IMG/VR virus record: IMGVR_UViG_3300027668_000008
Span: 62,001-126,000 of that record
DNA length: 64,000 bases
Direction: 5' to 3' (one strand)
The stretch's first letter is position 1, and the number at the start of each line of letters is the position of its first letter. The notes below the pieces were generated by a model that was not told the DNA's origin, made no database searches, and worked only from the letters and a program-made list of their open reading frames with translations. Of the stretch, positions 9,402-18,802 are shown in pieces. Position numbers and translations under genes: made by a program.

Positions 9402-10766
9402 TTATTTTCTCTTTTGTTTTCTAATCCAAGATTCCCTTAAATCTGTTTCAAAACTATCAAATACGTTTTTAGGGATACCTTGGCTTTGTTTGCCGCCTGC
9501 ACGTCTTTTCTTTTCAATATCATCAAATGCTGTTTCCAACGATGATACCATTAGTTGCACTATTCCACTATCTAAGTGGCTTTTAATATCTTTAAAGTCA
9601 CTTGGCATACCGCCGTTAGTTAATGTAGATGCTTTACTAGCCAAATCTTTTAACTTACTGTGTACGTTTGCCATTAATGATTTAATAGTATAACGCCCAA
9701 CACCTTGAACTAGTACTTCACTGTTCATAATGTCTTCACGGTCTAATGTGTAAAGGCTTTCAACGATTGCTGTATTGTTGTGTATTTGCACTACTGATTT
9801 TAACTGTTCAAGTTTAGTATTAATTTTATTTGAATCTTCAAACGTTAACGTTTTATCTTGTTTTAAAAGTTGTACTTCTTTTATAACTGCTTCCATTCTA
9901 CTAATGAAAGGTTTTTTCTTTTTACTACTTAAACTTAATTTCTTAACATTATCAAATTCGCCACCTACAGGAACATCTTTAGTTGCATTTTGTTTAGTAA
10001 CAATGCCTGCACCTGCGGCTTCCATGCTATACTTGGTATGCAAGTCGCTAATGCTATGTTCTGGCATTTTTTCAAGTTCTTTTCTTTTTACAAACTTGCT
10101 TGGTTTAGTTTGAATTTTTAAATTTGGTAACTTTTTATCTTTTTTCCATTGTCCTGTTTCTTTACGACCTGGATTCTTAACAACAAACTCTGTAATTTTT
10201 GCTTTCATCAGTTCGTGTATCTCTGGATTGTAACTACCAAATAAATCAGTAATCATTTGTTCCTGCATATCGTCGTCTGCTTTTGCAAAGTTGCTTCTAA
10301 ATTCTGTTGCACTTTTCATTGGCTCACCTAACACTTTAAAACTTAATGTTGGTACTGATACAATATATCCGTGCTTGTCTAATGACTCCATGCCTTTGCC
10401 TGCTTTTTGAAAGTAACTTGGGCTACCATCTTTCTTAGGCTTAAATGTAAAACGTGGATCTTCAGCCATATCTTTATCACTAACAGCAAACATTAATATT
10501 GTGTTTGCTGGATCGTAGTTTGCTACTAATTCTTGTGCTTGATATGGATTCTTAGTTTGTATAATAGCACTTGCAGGAATACCTGTGTGTATCATCATCT
10601 TCTTCTTTTCTTCAAAAGTAAAAGGACTTTTAGGTGGAAGAACTTTATCGCTTGTTGCAATGAATACTTTATCCGCACCGAACTTTTTAACTAATGCGGC
10701 ATACACACTAGCATGACCCTTATGAAAGGGGTGAAATCTGCCTGGATAAACTACTAAATGATTCAT
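9402..10766 (-). CDS. HIGH-motif cytidylyltransferase-like nucleotidyltransferase with C-terminal modules
   Basis: YPGRFHPFHKGH and SATEFR motifs; late promoter at 10792-10797. Confidence 0.75.
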   Translation of the reverse strand: MNHLVVYPGRFHPFHKGHASVYAALVKKFGADKVFIATSDKVLPPKSPFTFEEKKKMMIHTGIPASAIIQTKNPYQAQELVANYDPANTILMFAVSDKDMAEDPRFTFKPKKDGSPSYFQKAGKGMESLDKHGYIVSVPTLSFKVLGEPMKSATEFRSNFAKADDDMQEQMITDLFGSYNPEIHELMKAKITEFVVKNPGRKETGQWKKDKKLPNLKIQTKPSKFVKRKELEKMPEHSISDLHTKYSMEAAGAGIVTKQNATKDVPVGGEFDNVKKLSLSSKKKKPFISRMEAVIKEVQLLKQDKTLTFEDSNKINTKLEQLKSVVQIHNNTAIVESLYTLDREDIMNSEVLVQGVGRYTIKSLMANVHSKLKDLASKASTLTNGGMPSDFKDIKSHLDSGIVQLMVSSLETAFDDIEKKRRAGGKQSQGIPKNVFDSFETDLRESWIRKQKRK

Positions 10767-10794
10767 ACTTGTGTTATTCTCCTATATAGTGTAT

Positions 10795-11490
10795 TTATGT
10801 TGTTGATGAAGAGAACGTATGATAACCACTGTGGCCCAATTTAACATCATTGTGTGCATATACTTTACCGCCCATATCTTTCCAACGTTTGCAGAAAGTA
10901 TAGTCTTCGCTAATGTAATTGCCATTTGGAAGTAGCCATGTGTCGAATAACGCATACATAAACGGCTCAAATCGCTCGTCTAAGTTGAGTTGATTGTTAT
11001 ACTTTAAGTCGTGATACCTAGTAAACATCTTTTCAATACAACTTCGTTTAATCAACATAAACCCTGTGCCTATGTCTTCAACTTCTTGTATACCTGTTTC
11101 TAGTTGTTCTTCGCCATTTATAGTATTAGTAACATACTGTATGGGATAATTCTTTTTAGGATATAAACCACCGATAACATCTTTGTTTGCAGTTAACAAA
11201 CGATACACATCAGTAACATCAAATGAAATATCTGCATCTATAAACATGAAGTGTGTTGCTTCGGGGTTTGCCATACTCTTGGCAATCAGATTGTTTCTAG
11301 CTCTAGTAACTAAACTTTCGTTGGATATTGTTTCTAATGAAAATTTTAAATTATTACCTGAGAACCCTATTACGTTTCTAACAAAACTAACAAAGAAACT
11401 TTCAAATACGGCGCCGCCATAACAGGGTACCATAAAACTTATATGACTGTTCCGGATTGCCGAAACATCATTGTCGGTGAAATCTAACAC
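10795..11490 (-). CDS. GT-A fold glycosyltransferase
   Basis: ESLVTRARN, FMFIDAD (DxD), GTGFMLI, SEDYTFC, H-x-G. Confidence 0.8.
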   Translation of the reverse strand: MLDFTDNDVSAIRNSHISFMVPCYGGAVFESFFVSFVRNVIGFSGNNLKFSLETISNESLVTRARNNLIAKSMANPEATHFMFIDADISFDVTDVYRLLTANKDVIGGLYPKKNYPIQYVTNTINGEEQLETGIQEVEDIGTGFMLIKRSCIEKMFTRYHDLKYNNQLNLDERFEPFMYALFDTWLLPNGNYISEDYTFCKRWKDMGGKVYAHNDVKLGHSGYHTFSSSTT

Positions 11491-11503
11491 GGGTGTTTAG
11501 CCT

Positions 11504-11866
11504 TTAGTAATTGAATTGTACTTTAGTAATTGAACCAGCAGTAAATGATGTAACTTTTGCTCTTAGCCAAATAAAGTTGCCAGTCATGTTTCCAGTAACG
11601 GCAGTACTTGTACCTGTCGAACCATCGCCAACTGTTATTCCAGGTATATCAAACCAATCAGTATCTGCTGGGTCTGTAGCCAATGTACCTTGGAAAGTAA
11701 TTATACCTACAAATGCATTAGGAAACACTGCGACAGTATGTAAGCCATCAGTATATCCGTAGTATCCATCACCTTCAGCCTTAATACTAAAGAAAGAAGT
11801 TGCTGAACCGTCATAATTACCGGATGCCGCACCGTGTGTTGTACTTGTGATTAATGTTGTTGTCAT
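11504..11866 (-). CDS. putative virion structural protein
   Basis: G/T/S-rich beta protein; TAAATA at 11889-11894. Confidence 0.55.
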   Translation of the reverse strand: MTTTLITSTTHGAASGNYDGSATSFFSIKAEGDGYYGYTDGLHTVAVFPNAFVGIITFQGTLATDPADTDWFDIPGITVGDGSTGTSTAVTGNMTGNFIWLRAKVTSFTAGSITKVQFNY

Positions 11867-11891
11867 GTTGTATTCCTAATTGTATAACTAT

Positions 11892-12638
11892 TTATGCTAT
11901 TCGGTAAGTGTATATCGTATTGATAACATCACCTGCTATTAAGTTAAGCATTAGAATGCTGTCATTATCTTTAGCATATATGTATTCTGGTAATGGCTTT
12001 TCCTTTAACGGGTGTCCATAATTATACATTCTTCTTGTTTCCCATGTCCAGGGCATTCTAATATCCCCTGACATTTGGTAATTTAGTAATGCATCAATAA
12101 CATCTTCTTGTACCCAGGAATACCGTGTAATACACTTTAAATTGTACACACCATATGGCAGTTTATCTGTAACAATAACGTTAGGATCTTCTGTAAGGCT
12201 TCTAGTGATTTCAACATTTTGTATACCGGTGTCTTCGGCACGTTTAACATAATCTTCACTATTAGAATAAAAGTCAACTATTGGACATTCGACTCTAACT
12301 TTACCTTGTGGATCAAAATTTTGTCTAAAAGCATATATGCTTAATAAGTACTCTACTTCTTTCTCATCAAGAACCCAATTACCACCTTTAGTAAAAAACC
12401 CTTGAGAAGTGTTTGCATACTCGAGTTCAGTGTTACGCATACGATCTAATGTATTAAGAACTTCCAAGTCGTCCTTGTAGTGATAACAACTTCGCATTAA
12501 ACTGGCTCCTCGTCTAAGACTGAACCTAATGCGATACTTAAATCGATTATAAAATAATCTCTGATTGGTACTCATACTACTACTTATCGTATTAGTAATT
12601 GTACTATACTGCTTTTGGTTTGAATTGATCCAGTACAA
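11892..12638 (-). CDS. hypothetical protein (true start may be downstream, MSTNQRL)
   Basis: Long ORF following clpA. Confidence 0.6.
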   Translation of the reverse strand: MYWINSNQKQYSTITNTISSSMSTNQRLFYNRFKYRIRFSLRRGASLMRSCYHYKDDLEVLNTLDRMRNTELEYANTSQGFFTKGGNWVLDEKEVEYLLSIYAFRQNFDPQGKVRVECPIVDFYSNSEDYVKRAEDTGIQNVEITRSLTEDPNVIVTDKLPYGVYNLKCITRYSWVQEDVIDALLNYQMSGDIRMPWTWETRRMYNYGHPLKEKPLPEYIYAKDNDSILMLNLIAGDVINTIYTYRIA

Positions 12639-14940
12639 TCAACCCGTTTGGGTCAACGCCTGGTGCTGGTGCAACTTTATCAACAATGTTATCTTCAACT
12701 TTATATTCAAAATCGAACTTGTCTTTTACAAAGTTTAACATAATTTTAGTTCCTGCAATAGGCTTGTCTTTTATAATTGCTTTGGATAACGGAATTTTAA
12801 TATCGTTTTCAATTACACGTTTCAAAGGTCTTGCACCCATCAATGGATCGTACCCACGTTTAGCAAGTTCCTCTACTGCACTTTCGCCAATAGTAATGTG
12901 CAATCCTTTTTCAATCATTAGTTCGTTTATCTCGTCAATAAACTTAATAACAATCTTACGCATAATGCCTTGATCCAGTTTATTAAACTTAATCATTCCG
13001 TCTAATCTGTTTCTAAATTCAGGAGCAAAGAACTTTTTAACTTCTTCTGTACTTGCATTGTCATTCTCTTCTGCAGAGTTAAAGCCAATACCTCGCTTCT
13101 CAGATTCTTTAGCACCTAAGTTACTTGTTAACAATATAATACAGTTTCGAGCATCTGCTCTTTTACCGTTTGTACTTGTTACAAATCCTTCGTCCATTAA
13201 CGATAGTAATACGTTAGTAACGTCAGGGTGTGCTTTCTCAATTTCATCAAACAAGATAATAGCATTAGGATTCTTTTCAACTTGGCTTACAAGTAAACCA
13301 CCACCTAAGTTACCATCTTCGTATCCTACATATCCTGGAGGTGCTCCAATAAGTCTAGCCACTGTGTGCTTCTCTTGGTACTCTCCCATATCAAATCTTA
13401 ACAATTTCATATGTAAGTTTTCACTTAATAGTTTAGCCAACTCTGTTTTACCAGTACCTGTTGGTCCTACTAGTAAGTAACTTCCGACTGGCTTACTGTG
13501 TGATTTTAATCCTGCTCTTGTTACAATTACTCTATCCATAATTGTGTCAACTGCTTTGTCTTGTCCGTATAGTTCGTGTTTAATTTTGCTTTGAATGTCG
13601 TCTAAATCTTCTTCTTCTTTGACTCCACTACTAGAACTACCTAATTGGTCTACAGGTATCTTAACTGCTTTACTTAATTCTTCAAGTATTTGTTGCTTTG
13701 TAATTTTAAAGTTACTTCTGTTTAATAACCGTTGTTTAGCACAAGCACTATCTATTAAGTCAATTGCTTTATCAGGTAAACGTTTATCAGTTTGGAACCT
13801 TACACTTAAATCAACTGCGGCATTAATTGCATCTACTGTAATTTTTGCAGTATGATACTCTTCAAAGTATTTCTTTAATCCTTTAAGGATATCTTTAGCA
13901 ACACCTGGAGTTGGTTCATCTACTGTTAGTCTGTAGAACCTTCTCATTAATGCTCTGTCTTTTTCAAAACTTGTGTTGTATTCTTCCCAGGTTGTACTTG
14001 CAATAACTCTTAGTCCTCTGGTAATATAAGGCTTAACCATTTGTGCAAAGTCAGGACCACTACCACTAGTAGCACCTGCACCTCTCATAGTATGTGCTTC
14101 ATCGATGAATACAATACTACCTTTTTTGGCTTGTAAACTTTCAAATACGTCTTTAATTTTTTCTTCGAACTCGCCTCTGTACTTACTACCTGCAACTAAT
14201 CCACCAATATCTAAACTGTAGATTGTTGCTTCTTTTAAGTACTCAGGTACTTCGCCATTAATAATTTTGTTTGCTAGTCCTTCTGCAATAGCAGTTTTAC
14301 CAACACCGGGATCGCCAACTAGTAGTACGTTACTTTTGTTTCTTTTACCTAGTATTTGACACAGTTCATCAATTTCAAACTGTCTACCGATAACAGGATC
14401 AATTTCGCCATTTTTTGCTAACTTGTTTAAGTCTACACAGAACTCATCTAATGTACGTTCTGCTTCTTCCTTATCTAATGCATCCATATGTGGATTGTCA
14501 TGTACATAAGTTTCATTAAAGAAATCAACTAATGCTTGTTTGCCAATACCAAACTTTTTGAACAAGAATACTGAATAACCTTTGTCCTCTTGACAGATAC
14601 TTAAAAAGATATCTATCGTTTGCATATGCTCTCTGCCACCAAATAGCACTTGTGTATATGCTCTGTTGAATACACGTTCTAATGCATGAGTTCTTAGAAG
14701 TTTAATCTCTTTACCTTCTGCTGTCTTTTTACCAAAGTTGTTTTCTGTAAGATACTTTACAAATGCATCATTAAGTCCTTGCCAATCTGAGCCATACTCT
14801 TCGATCATAATCCTAAAGTTTTTATAGTTGATTAACGCAAGTGATAAGTGTTCAGTTGTAACATATGTGTGTCCGTATTTTGCCGCGAACTCACTAGCCT
14901 TTTCGACTATCATTTCTATTTCTGGGTTAGGTCTTAACAT
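12604..14940 (-). CDS. clpA: ATP-dependent Clp protease ATPase subunit, ClpA-like
   Basis: Clp N-domain; GDPGVGKT/FIDEAH; GPTGTGKT/FDEIEKAH; IGF ClpP-docking loop; no ClpB middle domain. Confidence 0.92.
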   Translation of the reverse strand: MLRPNPEIEMIVEKASEFAAKYGHTYVTTEHLSLALINYKNFRIMIEEYGSDWQGLNDAFVKYLTENNFGKKTAEGKEIKLLRTHALERVFNRAYTQVLFGGREHMQTIDIFLSICQEDKGYSVFLFKKFGIGKQALVDFFNETYVHDNPHMDALDKEEAERTLDEFCVDLNKLAKNGEIDPVIGRQFEIDELCQILGKRNKSNVLLVGDPGVGKTAIAEGLANKIINGEVPEYLKEATIYSLDIGGLVAGSKYRGEFEEKIKDVFESLQAKKGSIVFIDEAHTMRGAGATSGSGPDFAQMVKPYITRGLRVIASTTWEEYNTSFEKDRALMRRFYRLTVDEPTPGVAKDILKGLKKYFEEYHTAKITVDAINAAVDLSVRFQTDKRLPDKAIDLIDSACAKQRLLNRSNFKITKQQILEELSKAVKIPVDQLGSSSSGVKEEEDLDDIQSKIKHELYGQDKAVDTIMDRVIVTRAGLKSHSKPVGSYLLVGPTGTGKTELAKLLSENLHMKLLRFDMGEYQEKHTVARLIGAPPGYVGYEDGNLGGGLLVSQVEKNPNAIILFDEIEKAHPDVTNVLLSLMDEGFVTSTNGKRADARNCIILLTSNLGAKESEKRGIGFNSAEENDNASTEEVKKFFAPEFRNRLDGMIKFNKLDQGIMRKIVIKFIDEINELMIEKGLHITIGESAVEELAKRGYDPLMGARPLKRVIENDIKIPLSKAIIKDKPIAGTKIMLNFVKDKFDFEYKVEDNIVDKVAPAPGVDPNGLIVLDQFKPKAV

Positions 14941-15400
14941 ATAATAACTCTTCCGGTATATTTGTATTGTTAACTCTTTGTTGGAACGTAATGCCTTTTA
15001 AGTGATCGTATTCATGTAAACACACTCTAGCATTTATCCCATCTAATATTTTCTTACTTTTGTTTCCTTTATGGTCTTGCCATTCTAGTTTAATCCATTC
15101 AGGTCTTTCTACTATAATGCTTTCGCCTGCAAAACTTAAACAGCCTTCGTCAAACTTACTTAATTCATCTCCCCATTCTAGTAACACAGGGTTGTAATAA
15201 GCATTATATTTTCCGTCTACAAATGATACAAACAAACTAGTATCTATTCCTACTTGATTTGCGGCTAGTCCAATACCATTTGATTCTCTCATAAATCCAA
15301 ACATAATAACAGATAAACGTTCGTTTTCTATTTTCTGTGCAAAGGTATCAAACACCACAGGTTGTGTAGTAATATTTAACAGTTCTTTTGTTAGTCTCAT
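14927..15400 (-). CDS. def: peptide deformylase
   Basis: GIGLAANQVG, EGCLS, HEYDH. Confidence 0.93.
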   Translation of the reverse strand: MRLTKELLNITTQPVVFDTFAQKIENERLSVIMFGFMRESNGIGLAANQVGIDTSLFVSFVDGKYNAYYNPVLLEWGDELSKFDEGCLSFAGESIIVERPEWIKLEWQDHKGNKSKKILDGINARVCLHEYDHLKGITFQQRVNNTNIPEELLYVKT

Positions 15401-16194
15401 AATTGTCCATTCATTATACTTAATATAACTTGTTTTTGCTGATCTGTCAAGTCCTTAGGTACATTAATATGAAGAATAATGTAGTGATGTCCTTGGTTTA
15501 TGCCCTGATGTGCTAATTTTACACGACTTTCGGGTTGTGAACCGGGTTGAATCTTGTATTTTATCTTACGTTCGTTAACAGTTGTAAGTTCTTTCTCTGT
15601 GCCTATTAATGCTTCCCATACACTTATTTCTTGCATACTGTATATGTCGTTACCTTGTCGTTCAAAACGATGATGTGGTAACTCTTTGATATTTAATAAT
15701 AGGTCACCTGGTACTGCACCTGGATTACCTTCACCTGCATATCTAATTCGTTGTCCTCTTGGTACACCTGGCGGTATATCAACTTGTATAATCTTTTCTT
15801 TGCCTGCAACTGTAACTGATATAGTTTTCTTTATACCACTAGCAATTTCCTCTAGTGTCATTGGCATTGTTAAATTAACATCTTGTCCACGGCGTCCTGC
15901 TTGTCCAGGACGTTGAAATCCTTTACCAAACATATGTGCAAACATATCTGAAATATCAGGTGCATCTTCGCCAGCGGCCCAACCCTGTTGCCAACCTTGT
16001 GGTGCAGGATTATCGTACTGTTGTCTTTTGGCAGGATCTTTAAGTGTAGAGTAGGCTTCGTTAATTGCCTTAAACTGTTCTGCATCACCACCTTTGTCCG
16101 GGTGATGAGTCATACTTAACTTTTTGTATGCCTTCTTTAACTCTGACTGTGTGGCGTTTGCGTTAACGCCTAAGGTTGTATAATAGTTACTCAT
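15397..16194 (-). CDS. DnaJ/CbpA-type co-chaperone (no zinc finger)
   Basis: J-domain HPD, G/F-rich linker, DnaJ C-terminal domain. Confidence 0.9.
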   Translation of the reverse strand: MSNYYTTLGVNANATQSELKKAYKKLSMTHHPDKGGDAEQFKAINEAYSTLKDPAKRQQYDNPAPQGWQQGWAAGEDAPDISDMFAHMFGKGFQRPGQAGRRGQDVNLTMPMTLEEIASGIKKTISVTVAGKEKIIQVDIPPGVPRGQRIRYAGEGNPGAVPGDLLLNIKELPHHRFERQGNDIYSMQEISVWEALIGTEKELTTVNERKIKYKIQPGSQPESRVKLAHQGINQGHHYIILHINVPKDLTDQQKQVILSIMNGQL

Positions 16195-16200
16195 GAATAT

Positions 16201-16229
16201 ATTATACTACATCTAGAGTAAAGATGCAA
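16201..16229 (-). promoter_or_regulatory. sigma70-like promoter of the dnaJ-def-clpA operon
   Basis: TTGCAT-N17-TATAAT; -10 ends 6 nt before ATG 16194. Confidence 0.6.
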
Positions 16230-16237
16230 GTCTTTAT

Positions 16238-16531
16238 TTAACTTTTGTTTTTGGAAGTTCCAGTGTATAAACCAAACCAAGCCGCGCCAGCACCAACTAC
16301 GATTGAAACAAGACCTGATTGTTCCATACTCGGTGCATCTAAATCCATGTACCATAATACTACTTTGTATAGTAATACTATGTATACAGTCAAAAATGCT
16401 CTTGGGAATATTCTCCAACTGTCTACTGCTTTTGCTAAAAATATTAACCATTGAAAAGGGTTCTTGCTACTGTCTACTGTTTTGGTATCAACTTCAAGTT
16501 CGATGTTGATCTTTTTTGTTTGTGAATCCAT
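16238..16531 (-). CDS. two-TM membrane protein, possible holin
   Basis: Two hydrophobic helices; near lysis genes; late promoter at 16570-16575. Confidence 0.5.
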   Translation of the reverse strand: MDSQTKKINIELEVDTKTVDSSKNPFQWLIFLAKAVDSWRIFPRAFLTVYIVLLYKVVLWYMDLDAPSMEQSGLVSIVVGAGAAWFGLYTGTSKNKS

Positions 16532-16585
16532 AGATACGATCTCCTAGTGTGTTTTCTTAACTACACTGATATTTATCGTAGATGG

Positions 16586-17305
16586 CTATTTTTTAAGGTT
16601 TCTTTCGCTATACCAACCTACTAAACTATAACGTGGTTTAGGTGCTACAAAACTAACTGGACTAACAAAATGCTTGTTAAACGACGTCTTTGACACATCT
16701 AAGAGCACTAATCTGTTGCCTGCGGGTGCTATTGTAGTGTGTACTTTGTTATGTTCATCTGTTAAACATAGTTGTCCACCCCATTCTGCTCTCCATTCTT
16801 CATTAAAGTAAAACAAAAAAGCAACTTTTCTAGTAGGATCATAATGTGGGGTGATCCAGTTATCGTAACTATAGTAACTAAATGTGGGGAATGTAGTAAA
16901 CAAGTTATCAAACTGTGTAACATTTTCTACCCATTCTTTAAACGTGCTGTCACCTTTAGTATTTCCAACATTGGATGCAAACTCATCTGTATTTTGACAT
17001 TCGAAATAACCATCTCTTCGAATCATTGCTACTCTGTGAAAATAGGAAAACTTATCATTATTAGGATTGCCATGAAGGATTTTCTGCTTTAGCAGTTCTC
17101 CTTCTGCAGGTTTTGTGGAAGGTACAGTTTCATACCAATCACCAACTCCGCCTCTGTAGTCGTATTCGAGTGTAGGTACCGATGCGTAAACTGATGTAAT
17201 GAATTCGTGTGTTAGGATGTTGTCTACGGCTAACCAGCCCTTGTTAGCGAAATGGTCTTTGTATTCTTGTTGTACCCCCGGATCATATATTCCAGGGTTA
17301 AACAT
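16586..17305 (-). CDS. prolyl-hydroxylase-like 2OG-Fe(II) oxygenase
   Basis: PHYD, W-x-x-EWGGQL, NRLVL, HFVSPV, RYSLVGW. Confidence 0.85.
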   Translation of the reverse strand: MFNPGIYDPGVQQEYKDHFANKGWLAVDNILTHEFITSVYASVPTLEYDYRGGVGDWYETVPSTKPAEGELLKQKILHGNPNNDKFSYFHRVAMIRRDGYFECQNTDEFASNVGNTKGDSTFKEWVENVTQFDNLFTTFPTFSYYSYDNWITPHYDPTRKVAFLFYFNEEWRAEWGGQLCLTDEHNKVHTTIAPAGNRLVLLDVSKTSFNKHFVSPVSFVAPKPRYSLVGWYSERNLKK

Positions 17306-17566
17306 TTATCTTCTTTTCTTTTCTAAACTTGTTAGTCTTTCTTCAATTTTATCTAGTCTAGTAGGCTGTTGTTGAAACCAAGTCCAACCCCAACGGTTTA
17401 CTAGAAAATCTACTGCACTATCGAACTTACTATATAACCAAAGTCCTATTCGTGTACTTTTGAAGTATGTTGAAAATGCTAAACCAACTATTGAACCTGC
17501 GATTGCAGTCCATATCCATAAGCGGTTTCCAAACATATCGCCAATCATTGTTGTAATATAATCCAT
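17306..17566 (-). CDS. small membrane protein
   Basis: TM helix plus basic coiled C-terminus; TAAATA at 17591-17596. Confidence 0.6.
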   Translation of the reverse strand: MDYITTMIGDMFGNRLWIWTAIAGSIVGLAFSTYFKSTRIGLWLYSKFDSAVDFLVNRWGWTWFQQQPTRLDKIEERLTSLEKKRR

Positions 17567-17596
17567 GTTGTATCCTTTATTTGTTAATATTATTTA

Positions 17597-17809
17597 TTAA
17601 AATGGACAAGACAGGATTGCTTTAGGATTAACACTAATAGTTGCATCACCTATTTCTGCAACATCTCCTTTTTTCGATGTTGTAGTTTCCGTACCATCTT
17701 CTGATGTTTCAACTTTAATCTCAGGAGTAGGGTCTAGTTTGCATTTTTTGTAGTTTACTGTACAACTGCTCATTAACATGGCTAATGCTATACACCACAT
17801 AAGTCTCAT
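17597..17809 (-). CDS. small lipoprotein
   Basis: Signal peptide with MSSC lipobox. Confidence 0.55.
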   Translation of the reverse strand: MRLMWCIALAMLMSSCTVNYKKCKLDPTPEIKVETSEDGTETTTSKKGDVAEIGDATISVNPKAILSCPF

Positions 17810-17997
17810 TACTTCGATCGAACTGAATCTATAAAACTATATACTCTACCAAATTGTTTATCAATACTGAATAAATCTTGTTGAATCATAGATACTAAAA
17901 GTTGTAATTCTATTAATGTAACTAATGTCCATGTTGCCAATCCCATTAGGATTGTACCTAGTAAGCCTATTAACATTGTATTAGTTTTTCTACTCAT
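17809..17997 (-). CDS. small membrane protein in lysis cassette
   Basis: N-terminal TM helix; translationally coupled. Confidence 0.55.
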   Translation of the reverse strand: MSRKTNTMLIGLLGTILMGLATWTLVTLIELQLLVSMIQQDLFSIDKQFGRVYSFIDSVRSK

Positions 17998-18383
17998 TAT
18001 TCCTTTTTGTTAGATTCTTCAGACTCGTAATACTTTTTATACTGTTTTATGATTGCGTCTTGTTTAATCATATAGGCTCTAATTTGTGCAAAGTTTTTAG
18101 ACAGTGCTTCGTAGCCTTCGTCAGTTAATCCGAATATAACTTGATCTGTATTCTCTTTTTCTAGTTTAGCAAATACTTCCTCTGCATTTTCACTATTAAT
18201 GATTATCCAACTTATATCATCTAATTGTGCTTGAGCAGGTGCTTCTAGATTAAGAGGTTGTCGCTTCTCTTCTACCTTAAATATTTCCAACTGTTTAACT
18301 GCTGATGAGCAACTAGTAAGGAACGTAATTAGGATTAGCGAGACTAGGACATTCACTATTGATTTGTGACTTCTTAGTAGCAT
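17997..18383 (-). CDS. outer-membrane spanin (Rz1-like lipoprotein)
   Basis: LTSC lipobox, Pro-containing segment, overlaps 3' end of i-spanin. Confidence 0.7.
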   Translation of the reverse strand: MLLRSHKSIVNVLVSLILITFLTSCSSAVKQLEIFKVEEKRQPLNLEAPAQAQLDDISWIIINSENAEEVFAKLEKENTDQVIFGLTDEGYEALSKNFAQIRAYMIKQDAIIKQYKKYYESEESNKKE

Positions 18384-18798
18384 TGATCTCTTTCTCCGTT
18401 AAGGCACTACCCATTGCTATTTCAAAACAACGTTTGCTATTAGCAGTTCCTCGATTGATTATTTTCTCTATTACTTTTGATTTCTTAACAGCAAGGTCGC
18501 CTAAATCTCTTGCTTCACCTTTGCCGTTAATTTTATTAAATTTTTGATCCAATGCAGTTAGTTCTGAATTTAGTACTTGTACCATACTTCTTAACTGTTC
18601 ATTGGCTTTATTAATGGAATTAAAATCTGCTTTCATTTGTCCAATGACTGCTTGTTGACTGTTTACACTGTCTTCCAATTTCACATTGTTGGCTTCACTT
18701 ACTGCCAAGTCTGCTTTAAGTCCTTTGACATACAAAAACCCGCCACCTGCTCCTGCAAGTACGAGTAAGAGTAGTCCGATTTTTAATCCACTAAACAT
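18313..18798 (-). CDS. inner-membrane spanin (Rz-like)
   Basis: N-terminal TM then coiled coil; directly after endolysin. Confidence 0.7.
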   Translation of the reverse strand: MFSGLKIGLLLLVLAGAGGGFLYVKGLKADLAVSEANNVKLEDSVNSQQAVIGQMKADFNSINKANEQLRSMVQVLNSELTALDQKFNKINGKGEARDLGDLAVKKSKVIEKIINRGTANSKRCFEIAMGSALTEKEINATKKSQINSECPSLANPNYVPY

Positions 18799-18802
18799 AA
18801 AT

